Part shown: positions 38,267-46,189 of the stretch, one piece after another
Layout of the letters: every line of letters starts with the position of its first letter
How positions within the stretch are numbered: the stretch's first letter is position 1
DNA from: Bacillales bacterium UBA3207
Lineage (GTDB): Bacteria; Bacillota_I; Bacilli_A; RFN20; CAG-826
Assembly: GCA_002363735.1 (NCBI GenBank)
Contig: DEWP01000008.1
Span: 1 to 61,039 of the forward strand
DNA: 61,039 nt
Reading direction: 5' to 3'
The notes under the pieces: generated by a model
The model's database searches: none
What the model was told of the DNA's origin: nothing
The model's input: only the letters and a program-made list of their open reading frames with translations
Made by a program: the position numbers and the translations under genes

Positions 38267-39664
38267 ATGACATTAAAAGAAATTCGTCAATCTAAAAAAA
38301 TTACACAATCGGAAGCCTCATATTTGGTAAATGTTTCCTTAAGAACTTATAAGAGGCTTGAAAATGAACCTCGTTACATTGGAACGTTGAAATACATTCA
38401 AGCAACTAATCTTTTAAAAAATTTTGACGCATGTAAAAGTTCAAATTTAAATCGAAGAGTAATCTCAATCTTTGGACTAGGGTACGTTGGATTATCAAAT
38501 GCTGTTTTGCTAGCTCAAAAAAATATTGTTTATGTTTATGATACAAATTCAACAAGAATAAAGTTAATCCAAGACAATAAATCACCACTAATTGACAAGG
38601 ATATTCAAAACTTCTTAAAAAATAAAAAATTGAATTTAAAAACTGATTTTAACCAAGAATTGATGGTGAAATCATCTGATTTTGTTATAATTGCAACTCC
38701 GACAAATTATGATCCAGAAACCAAAATGTTTGATACAACAAGTGTCGAAGAAGTAATAGAAAATGTTTCAAAAATTAACCAAAATTGTTGGGTGATTATT
38801 AAGTCAACTGTTGGTGTTGGATTTACAAAAAAATATGTTAAATCACATCAATTCAAAAATATCTTATTTGTTCCTGAATTTTTAAGAGAAGGAAAAGCTC
38901 TTTTTGATAATCTTTATCCATCAAGGATTATCGTCGGTGTTCCAACTCGAGAAAAAAGATATATTTCGAAAGCAAAGGAATTTGCTAGTCTCCTACTTGA
39001 TGGAGCCATTAAGCAAGATGTTGTGATTCGGATTATGGGGTCTAGTGAAGCAGAATCAGTCAAACTTTTCGCCAACACATATTTAGCTTTACGTGTCGCC
39101 TATTTTAACGAACTAGATACATTTGCAAAATCAAAAGAACTTAATTCTTTCGATATTATAAAAGGGGTTTGTGATGATTTTCGTATCGGTGATTTTTATA
39201 ATAACCCTTCTTTTGGATACGGTGGTTATTGTTTACCTAAAGATACAAAAGAACTAAAAGCAAACTTTGAAAACGTTCCCAACAATTTGATTTCTTCGAT
39301 TATAGAAGCAAATGAAACAAGAAAAGAATTTATTGCTAGCGATATTATTTACGAAGCAGAAAAGATTGCCAATGACACAAAGAAGATTGTTATTGGTATA
39401 TACCGTTTAACGATGAAAACAGGTTCAGACAATTTTAGATCATCATCCATCCAAGATGTCATGGAACTACTGTCAAAAAAAGGTGCTTCTATAATTGTGT
39501 ATGAACCATTAATTAAGGCTGAAAGATATAAAGACTATCAAATAATTAGTGATTTTGATTCCTTTAAAAGAAAAGCAACAATAATTGTTGCGAATCGTTA
39601 TGAACCAGAATTAAAAGAAATTGAAGATAAATTGTATACTCGTGATATTTTTAATCGAGATTAA
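38267..39664 (+). CDS. ugd: XRE-type HTH fused to UDP-glucose 6-dehydrogenase
   Basis: LKEIRQSKKITQSEAS..VNVSLRTYKRLE (HTH); GLGYVG, IATPT, KSTV, PEFLREG, catalytic GYGGYCLPKD. Confidence 0.92.
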   Translation: MTLKEIRQSKKITQSEASYLVNVSLRTYKRLENEPRYIGTLKYIQATNLLKNFDACKSSNLNRRVISIFGLGYVGLSNAVLLAQKNIVYVYDTNSTRIKLIQDNKSPLIDKDIQNFLKNKKLNLKTDFNQELMVKSSDFVIIATPTNYDPETKMFDTTSVEEVIENVSKINQNCWVIIKSTVGVGFTKKYVKSHQFKNILFVPEFLREGKALFDNLYPSRIIVGVPTREKRYISKAKEFASLLLDGAIKQDVVIRIMGSSEAESVKLFANTYLALRVAYFNELDTFAKSKELNSFDIIKGVCDDFRIGDFYNNPSFGYGGYCLPKDTKELKANFENVPNNLISSIIEANETRKEFIASDIIYEAEKIANDTKKIVIGIYRLTMKTGSDNFRSSSIQDVMELLSKKGASIIVYEPLIKAERYKDYQIISDFDSFKRKATIIVANRYEPELKEIEDKLYTRDIFNRD

Positions 39665-39809
39665 CAATAATTTTTCCCATCTCAAATAGTGAAATTGAAA
39701 TTTTGATTCATATATTTAATTTTTAATACCGTTTTTAAGAATGTAAAAATAATTTTCTCATAATATAAATATATTATATTTATAAAATGCACTATAGATA
39801 TGTAAGCAC

Positions 39810-39838
39810 TTGCAACTAAACATTTAAGTAAATATACT
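39810..39838 (+). promoter_or_regulatory. Sigma-A promoter for the long leader and surface-protein gene
   Basis: TTGCAA (39810-15), 17-bp spacer, TATACT (39833-38). Predicted +1 near 39845. Confidence 0.75.
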
Positions 39839-39844
39839 TAAGTC

Positions 39845-40186
39845 ATATTCAACAAGAAAATTATTGTTTTTTGGAAAATTTTTCTATTCCGGTCAATTTA
39901 GAAAAAAGGAAATCAAACAATATCACTTGTTGAATATGATTAAGGAAATCTTAAAAAAGAATAAAAGTGCACATTACTCTTTCATGAGTTTCTCCTTAAT
40001 CAGTCAATCTTGCTTTCAGATTTGTAATAGGCAAAGACGAACATCAACAAGATTGACAACTATTCAAATGTTGATTGCCTTTTTCGTTCAATCTAGTGAA
40101 CAAAAATCAAACAATCAAAACATTTGAATCTTGTTCATATCTCACAGTCACAAGACTGGAGGATAAAGAAAGGAGAAAAATTAAAT
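39845..40186 (+). ncRNA. Candidate highly structured ~340-nt 5' leader/ncRNA (five tandem hairpins)
   Basis: Stems: atattcaacaag/cttgttgaatat (39845-56/39926-37), gattaagga/tccttaatc (39938-46/39993-40001), gtcaatcttg/caagattgac (40003-12/40048-57), attcaaatgtt/aacatttgaat (40062-72/40119-29), ctcacagtc/gactggag (40141-61). Confidence 0.6.
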
Positions 40187-43100
40187 ATGAACAAATTATT
40201 TACAAAGATCACATCTCTAGCTTTAGGCGCAGCGATGATGATCGGAGTAGGTGTGTCAGTTGGAAACAAGAAATCTAATTCGGCAGATGCTTCTGCTGGA
40301 GATAACTATGTTTTAGTAAAAAGCATAAGTGATTTGGCAGCGGGTGACGAAGTTCTTTTTGGATATACAAATGGAACAGTACATAAAGCAAGTGGTGCTC
40401 TAAACGCTAATACAAGTTCTTATTTGAAAGCTGAAGATGCAACAATTTCGAATGAAGTTCTTACATATACAGGTACTAATGTTAAGCCATTGACATTAGG
40501 AAAAAGCGGAAACAACTGGACATTTACTTATGGTACAACTAAAGTTGCAACAACTGCTGCTAAAAAGATGTGCATAAGCACAACTTCTTCTTCTGTCTCG
40601 ACATGGACAATAGCAATTTCTTCTACTGGTGTTGCTACAATAACGTCGACAACATCAAGTTATGGGACCATTAAGTATAATACACAATCGCCACGATTTT
40701 TAAATTATGCTACTGGACAAGCCGCAATTGGAATTTATAAGAAGGCAGGTAGTACCGATACTTTAAATAGCGTCAATATTGCTACATCCTCTGGTTCAAC
40801 TCAACAAGCTACCAGTGGCTCTGTTGAAATAGGAAAAACGTTACAGCTTTATTTGACGGCAAATTGGGCAACTGCTGGAGCCAAAAATGTTACAACGGAT
40901 GCCGTATGGACAATAGCGAGTGCTGACCAATCTTATGCAACGGTAAATGAAGGATTGATAACTGGAAGAACTCAAACTTCTTCTCCAATAACACTTACTG
41001 CTGCATACGGAGGAAAATCAGCTACATTTTCATTAAGTGTTGTTGTTGGTCCATCTGTCACAACAACTCCGTCAACATCAACATCAATTCTTGTTAACGA
41101 ATATAAAGAAACAGCACTTCTTGTTACTGCTTCAAATTTTGAAGGAGACAATCCAACAATTACAGCCTCATCAAGCGATGATTCTTTATTGCTTACAGAT
41201 ATTATCACAAAAAACAATAAAACTTATGTAGCTCTTCAAGCAGGTGAAGTTGATACTGATACTCCTGTTACTGTTACAGTATCTGCAACCGGTGGAGGAA
41301 GAACAGAGACACACGATGTTACAGTAACAATTAAAGCGATGAGTGTTTCTTTGTCTACAAACCCAATTAGTCTTCTGCCAACTGCTGGAGCAACAAGTTT
41401 TGCTTTAACTGTTGAAAACTTCGCTTCTGGATATACTGTCGCTGTCGAATCTTCGAATACTGCTGTTTTTACAACAAGCGTTAGTCAAGATTTGTCAACG
41501 GTTACTGTAACCCCTGTTAGTGAGGGTGAAGAGGAACTATATATTACTGTTTCAAACGGTTCTGACAGATCAAAAGTACTTACTGTACCTGTAACAATTG
41601 CTGATGTAGTTGTTTATGAAAAGATTACCGATGCTTCAAAACTCTCTAGTGGAAGTAAACTGCTTATTGTTTATGAAACTGGCAGTGTTGCAATGGGTGC
41701 TCAAGGTAGTGATTTGAGAACACATGAGTCAGTTAGCATTGCTGATAGCAAAATTACAGGACCTTCTAGCGCTGTTAAAGTAGTTACTCTTGGAGGTGAA
41801 ACAGATAACTGGACACTAAGTACTGACGAAGGATTTTTATCTTATTCTGGAAGTTCTAACAAGATTTATACCGTTAGTGAATTAGCTGACTCTTGCTATT
41901 GGTCCATTTCCATTTCTAATGGTGATGCATCAATTGAATCGAATAATGTTTCAGGCCGATACATTCAATATAATTCTAGTTCACCAAGATTCGCTTGCTA
42001 TACAGGAACACAAAAAGCCGTTCAATTGTATGGTGTTGTTCTTCCAGATAAAAAGGTTGTTGATACAAAATTAACAACAACTAATGGCTCAATAACTGCT
42101 TCTGTCGGTGCAAACAACTGGACTGTAAGTGGTTTTGTCTTTGAGGTTCAATATGAAGGTGAATCTACCTGGCATACTGTTGATCCAACCTATGTCGTAA
42201 CAGAATCTGTTCCAACTTCATATTCTTCAATTGGAGATTATCCAGTTCATTTTAAGGTAACATTTAAAGACACTGATTATTATCAAGATACAACGTTCAC
42301 AGCTACTGTTACAGATGATATGACGCCAATCAGTAGTTTCTATGACGGAACAATTACTGTTTCTACAACAGCAACAGCCAGCTCATATACTTATCGAGGA
42401 ACTGTAATTGCTATCGAAGGTAATACTTATTACATTCAAGATGGTAATTATGGAATGATGATTTATGGTGGTACCTCTACTTATCCTTCCGGCATGAAGG
42501 TTGGTGATTTGGTTGCTGTAACTTCAAAGATTGTTAATTATCAAGGTTATGTTTATGAAGCAACCAACATTACAAATGTTGATGGAAAAACATGTCGAAT
42601 TTTAGGTGATGGTACATTACCAACCGCCCCTATTGTTTCGACTGTTGCCGATTTTAATGCCGCAAATCAAAGTACCAGAATTACATTTAACGGTCTTTCA
42701 AGATCTGATACAGGAACATCTATTACATGGACCCAAGCATGGTCCCAAGGTAGTAGTGGTGCTCATGGTATTGCACAAGTTAAAGATAGTCATGGAACAT
42801 CAATTTGGTTATATGTTTCCAAATATTTAACACAAGAAACAGGTTCGGCGATTGTTAGCAAAATCAATAGCATTACAACAGAAGATACCTTTGATCTTTT
42901 CCAAGGTGTTAAGGCTGTTAATACAACTGACTTTACATCCATCGGTGGTCCTGGAAAAGGTGTTGCATATCTTTCTGTAATGAGTGCTGACAACATTACT
43001 ATTCACACGCCAGAAGAAGATCATGTCCAAACTTGGATTGATCTCTATATGCAAATGAATAATCCTGACTTTGATGGCGATGGTAATGGAGCTTGTAGAG

Positions 43101-43402
43101 ACAGTAACTATTACGTTAATGCTAAAGCCGCTTTAAATGCCCTTGAAACTGAACATTCTGGTTCTAAAGCGTCATTCCAAAGTGAAAGTAAATATGCTGA
43201 TGCTTTGGCAAGATACTTAAAATGGGCAAAAGCTTGTGGAGATTCAAAACCATTTGTTGGTTCAACGATTCAACAATCAATTGTCAATTCGTTATTACCA
43301 ATTAATGATAATAAATGTATTATATTCATTATCATTATCTCCGTAATTGGAGTCTCTGCCTTAGGTGGATTCTTCTTCTTACGTAAACGTAAAGTAATCT
43401 AA
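40187..43402 (+). CDS. Large secreted Ser/Thr-rich surface protein (Ig-like, repeated beta-domains, OB folds) with C-terminal TM + RKRK
   Basis: RBS AGAAAGGAG then MNKLFTKITSLALGA signal; two 'YN..SPRF..Y..Q.A..LY' modules; OB-like YRGTVIAIEGNTYYIQDG...KVGDLV; C-terminal TM + LRKRKVI. Confidence 0.8.
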   Translation: MNKLFTKITSLALGAAMMIGVGVSVGNKKSNSADASAGDNYVLVKSISDLAAGDEVLFGYTNGTVHKASGALNANTSSYLKAEDATISNEVLTYTGTNVKPLTLGKSGNNWTFTYGTTKVATTAAKKMCISTTSSSVSTWTIAISSTGVATITSTTSSYGTIKYNTQSPRFLNYATGQAAIGIYKKAGSTDTLNSVNIATSSGSTQQATSGSVEIGKTLQLYLTANWATAGAKNVTTDAVWTIASADQSYATVNEGLITGRTQTSSPITLTAAYGGKSATFSLSVVVGPSVTTTPSTSTSILVNEYKETALLVTASNFEGDNPTITASSSDDSLLLTDIITKNNKTYVALQAGEVDTDTPVTVTVSATGGGRTETHDVTVTIKAMSVSLSTNPISLLPTAGATSFALTVENFASGYTVAVESSNTAVFTTSVSQDLSTVTVTPVSEGEEELYITVSNGSDRSKVLTVPVTIADVVVYEKITDASKLSSGSKLLIVYETGSVAMGAQGSDLRTHESVSIADSKITGPSSAVKVVTLGGETDNWTLSTDEGFLSYSGSSNKIYTVSELADSCYWSISISNGDASIESNNVSGRYIQYNSSSPRFACYTGTQKAVQLYGVVLPDKKVVDTKLTTTNGSITASVGANNWTVSGFVFEVQYEGESTWHTVDPTYVVTESVPTSYSSIGDYPVHFKVTFKDTDYYQDTTFTATVTDDMTPISSFYDGTITVSTTATASSYTYRGTVIAIEGNTYYIQDGNYGMMIYGGTSTYPSGMKVGDLVAVTSKIVNYQGYVYEATNITNVDGKTCRILGDGTLPTAPIVSTVADFNAANQSTRITFNGLSRSDTGTSITWTQAWSQGSSGAHGIAQVKDSHGTSIWLYVSKYLTQETGSAIVSKINSITTEDTFDLFQGVKAVNTTDFTSIGGPGKGVAYLSVMSADNITIHTPEEDHVQTWIDLYMQMNNPDFDGDGNGACRDSNYYVNAKAALNALETEHSGSKASFQSESKYADALARYLKWAKACGDSKPFVGSTIQQSIVNSLLPINDNKCIIFIIIISVIGVSALGGFFFLRKRKVI

Positions 43403-43429
43403 CTCAATTAACATATATACTTAGTAGAT

Positions 43430-43471
43430 AAAGGAAGACCTATTCTTGACCAGAATGGGTCTTTTCCTTTT
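43430..43471 (+). terminator. Intrinsic terminator
   Basis: aaaggaagacctattct-tgacc-agaatgggtcttttcctttt. Confidence 0.78.
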
Positions 43472-43707
43472 ATAACCTTAAACAAGTATAAATAAAACAA
43501 CTTGGATATAAATTTTTTATATATATTTAGTACTCTCATAGAGAGTACTTCCTTCTTTCTTACTTATAGAATACAAAGAGGAACTTAACCAGAAATTGCT
43601 TGTGATTTTATTATGTTAGATAGGCGGAGAATCATACCGCTTGCGGGTTTGCCCGCTTTTTATTTTAGAAGATAATAATTAGTCTTATTTAACAAAGTTA
43701 TATAAGG

Positions 43708-43841
43708 TGATATAATTAAAACGTAAATAGTTTCGAATCTATATCAAAGATTCAAATATTCATGCGCAAAATATTTCCTTTTCTTGATATAGAGATGAAA
43801 CACTTTACGTTTTAATATCTCTATTAATCGAGAAGAAAGGA
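43708..43841 (+). promoter_or_regulatory. Extended -10 promoter and long-hairpin 5' UTR
   Basis: TGaTATAAT at 43708-16; stems attaaaacgtaaa/tttacgttttaat and tctatatcaa/ttgatataga; small tctc/gaga hairpin; AGAAAGGA RBS. Confidence 0.6.
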
Positions 43842-43854
43842 AAAAAGAAAAGAT

Positions 43855-45984
43855 ATGAACAAATTTTTAACAAAGATAACATCTCTAGCCCTTGGTGCAG
43901 CGATGGTTGTCGGCGTTGGAATTGCATCTAGTTCAAAACGCGTTGGTGAAGCAAAAGCTGATGACACAATTAGTTTTACAACCACAAATGCAGAAATTAC
44001 CGCAACCGGAACGAATAAAACAATTACTGTTTCTGGACTTACATTAACTTTTTCCAGTATCTCAGCAGTTGATGCTGCATTTGTTCAAAACGCAAAGAAT
44101 GCAACAATTGTAAGCTCTGAAGTTGCCGGAGAAATTAAATCTGTAACTATTTATGATTGTGCTACAACATCAACAAAAACTGATGGTAGTTTTAGTGTTT
44201 ATGGTGGTACTAGTTCTACTGCAATAGACACAAAAATTGAAGATGTTACCGGCTTAAGCAGTACTGCATCAAATCAAACCATTGAATTTGGTTCAGGCTA
44301 TTCGTTCTTTAAAGTTGTTATTGGAAGTGCTAGAGTTTTAAAACATTCAAAAATCGATGTTGTTTATGGAAGCGCATCAACTGCAACACTAGAAAGTATT
44401 TCGCTTTCAGGTTCAATGACAAAAACTTCATACACAACATCTGAAAGCTGGAGTCCAGCAGGATTTACTGTCACAGCACATTACGATGATGAATCAACAA
44501 AAGATGTCACAAACAGTGCTACCTGGACATATTCTCCAGAAGAACCAACAGTTTCAACTACTTCTGTTACTGCAACAGCAACATTCGGTGAGAAATCTGC
44601 AACTAGTAATGCTCAAACCGTTTCTGTTACAGAAGCACATTCTGGTACTGCAGATGATCCATTTACCGTTGTTGAAGCTCTCGCTAAAGCTAACGAAATC
44701 GGTGCCGTTGGTAAAACTGGACAAGGTCCTTGGGTTACTAGAGGAATTATAACTCGTGTAGTAGAAGCTCCTAAGGCAACTTACTGGAATGCAACATATT
44801 ACATTTCTGATGATGGAACACAAACAAACGAACTTCAGGTTTATCGTGGTTTTTATGTAAATAATGCTAAATTTACTGAAGAAACAGCTCTTGAACTTGT
44901 TGCCGGAGCAACTGTTGTAATTACAGGAAATTTAACCGGTTCGTATGGTTGTGAATATTGTGCAAACAACTATATGCTTTCAATTACAGCACCTGAAACT
45001 GGTGATGTTGATGTGACATTTGAACCAACAACAAGTTATGAAATTGGTGCAACTGGAACATTCTCTGCTACATCTGAAACTGCTGGAGTAACATTTACCT
45101 GGTCTGTAGACAAAGCTGATGTTTTATCAGTTGATGCTACAACAGGTGCATTTGAAGCGAAATCTTTAGGTGTTGCGCGTGTTACTGTTACAGCAACAGC
45201 TGGTGATAAAGAAGGCTATGCATTTGCCGATATTACAGTTAACGCTAAAGATACAATTTCAGTTTCTGAAGCTAACGAGATTGCAGCTGCTCTTCCAAGT
45301 GGAGCAACAACATCCTACTACATTTATGTCGAAGGATTTGTGAAAGAATTTGGAACAAGCATGAAAGACACTTCTCCAAGAGCCTTTGATATTATGGATC
45401 TTAGTGGAAACAAGATTATGATTTACACAAACGTAAATCCATATGCTGCTTTCATTGAAGGATTAAAACTTGGTGATTACATCAAGGTTAAAGGTCATGT
45501 TCAAAACTATAACGGAACTTATGAAATTACTTCTCCAGAAAAAGTTTCAAGCCGTTATTCATACGTCTCATTTGCTTTTGAATTAATTTCATCAACAGAT
45601 GAAGTGTGTTCAAGTTATGGAACAGATAACTATAACTACGATAATTCAAAGACTCAATTCGCTAGTGTTTGGACAACTCTTTCTGGCGCTTCTTCATTCG
45701 GTGCACTTGAACCAAGCGATGTTCAAGAACTTGTTAAAGCGCATGGCGTTGAAACTAGTTCAAATCCAGTTGAAGTCGCAATGTATCGTTATGATTTAAT
45801 TACTTCTAAATATGCATTAGATAACTTCATTAACGAACGTGTTATTCCAACATATAGTTATATTCCTGAATTTGAGAATAATGTTAATTCTTCAAATTCC
45901 ATTGGAATCATTGTCATTGTTGCTGTTTCTAGTATGACTCTCTTAGGTTTAACCCTAGTGATTCGTAAAAGAAAACATCTATAA
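43855..45984 (+). CDS. Secreted surface protein paralogue (Ig-like + OB-fold domains), C-terminal TM + RKRK
   Basis: MNKFLTKITSLALGA signal; GTADDPFTVVEAL and LKLGDYIKVKGHVQNYNGTYEI (OB-like); Big-type TAHYDDESTKDVT; C-terminal VAMYRYDLI...TM-RKRKHL. Confidence 0.8.
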   Translation: MNKFLTKITSLALGAAMVVGVGIASSSKRVGEAKADDTISFTTTNAEITATGTNKTITVSGLTLTFSSISAVDAAFVQNAKNATIVSSEVAGEIKSVTIYDCATTSTKTDGSFSVYGGTSSTAIDTKIEDVTGLSSTASNQTIEFGSGYSFFKVVIGSARVLKHSKIDVVYGSASTATLESISLSGSMTKTSYTTSESWSPAGFTVTAHYDDESTKDVTNSATWTYSPEEPTVSTTSVTATATFGEKSATSNAQTVSVTEAHSGTADDPFTVVEALAKANEIGAVGKTGQGPWVTRGIITRVVEAPKATYWNATYYISDDGTQTNELQVYRGFYVNNAKFTEETALELVAGATVVITGNLTGSYGCEYCANNYMLSITAPETGDVDVTFEPTTSYEIGATGTFSATSETAGVTFTWSVDKADVLSVDATTGAFEAKSLGVARVTVTATAGDKEGYAFADITVNAKDTISVSEANEIAAALPSGATTSYYIYVEGFVKEFGTSMKDTSPRAFDIMDLSGNKIMIYTNVNPYAAFIEGLKLGDYIKVKGHVQNYNGTYEITSPEKVSSRYSYVSFAFELISSTDEVCSSYGTDNYNYDNSKTQFASVWTTLSGASSFGALEPSDVQELVKAHGVETSSNPVEVAMYRYDLITSKYALDNFINERVIPTYSYIPEFENNVNSSNSIGIIVIVAVSSMTLLGLTLVIRKRKHL

Positions 45985-46009
45985 ATAATATTCTTTGAAT
46001 ATTAAAACT

Positions 46010-46036
46010 GACCTAGACGCGCATCTAGGTCTTTTT
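46010..46036 (+). terminator. Intrinsic terminator
   Basis: gacctaga-cgcgca-tctaggtc followed by ttttt. Confidence 0.82.
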
Positions 46037-46043
46037 AATATAT

Positions 46044-46183
46044 TTGAAATAGAATTCTATTTCATAATAGAATAAAATAATTATATCAATGAAAAAGATT
46101 TATTTACTGTAAGACGTCTGATCTACATTAAGAATATCTTTTTTCATGATTAATTTATTGTTTTAAACAATAAATAGAAAGGA
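46044..46183 (+). promoter_or_regulatory. Promoter with 20-bp palindromic operator and hairpin 5' UTR
   Basis: TTGAAA 46044-49, 18 bp, TAGAAT 46068-73; perfect palindrome tgaaatagaattctatttca 46045-64; stems atgaaaaagat/atcttttttcat and atttattgttt/aaacaataaat; AGAAAGGA. Confidence 0.6.
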
Positions 46184-46189
46184 TAAAAG

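Noticed and set aside
40021-40060. c-di-GMP-I riboswitch suggested by GGCAAA
   Set aside because: No GAAA-tetraloop P2 or GACGCAAAG/receptor elements follow.
39845-40161. CRISPR array or type III toxin-antitoxin repeat array
   Set aside because: The hairpins differ in length and sequence, with no constant direct repeat or spacer periodicity and no cas or toxN gene.
39864-40278. ORFs 39864-40127 and 40075-40278, and the TTG start at 40124
   Set aside because: TTG starts without RBS overlapping the hairpin leader. The true start is ATG 40187, matching the RBS and the paralogous N-termini.
43527-43551. CIRCE-like inverted repeat TTAGTACTC-N7-GAGTACTTC
   Set aside because: CIRCE needs TTAGCACTC-N9-GAGTGCTAA; spacing and arms differ and no chaperone gene follows. 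Treated as a plain hairpin.
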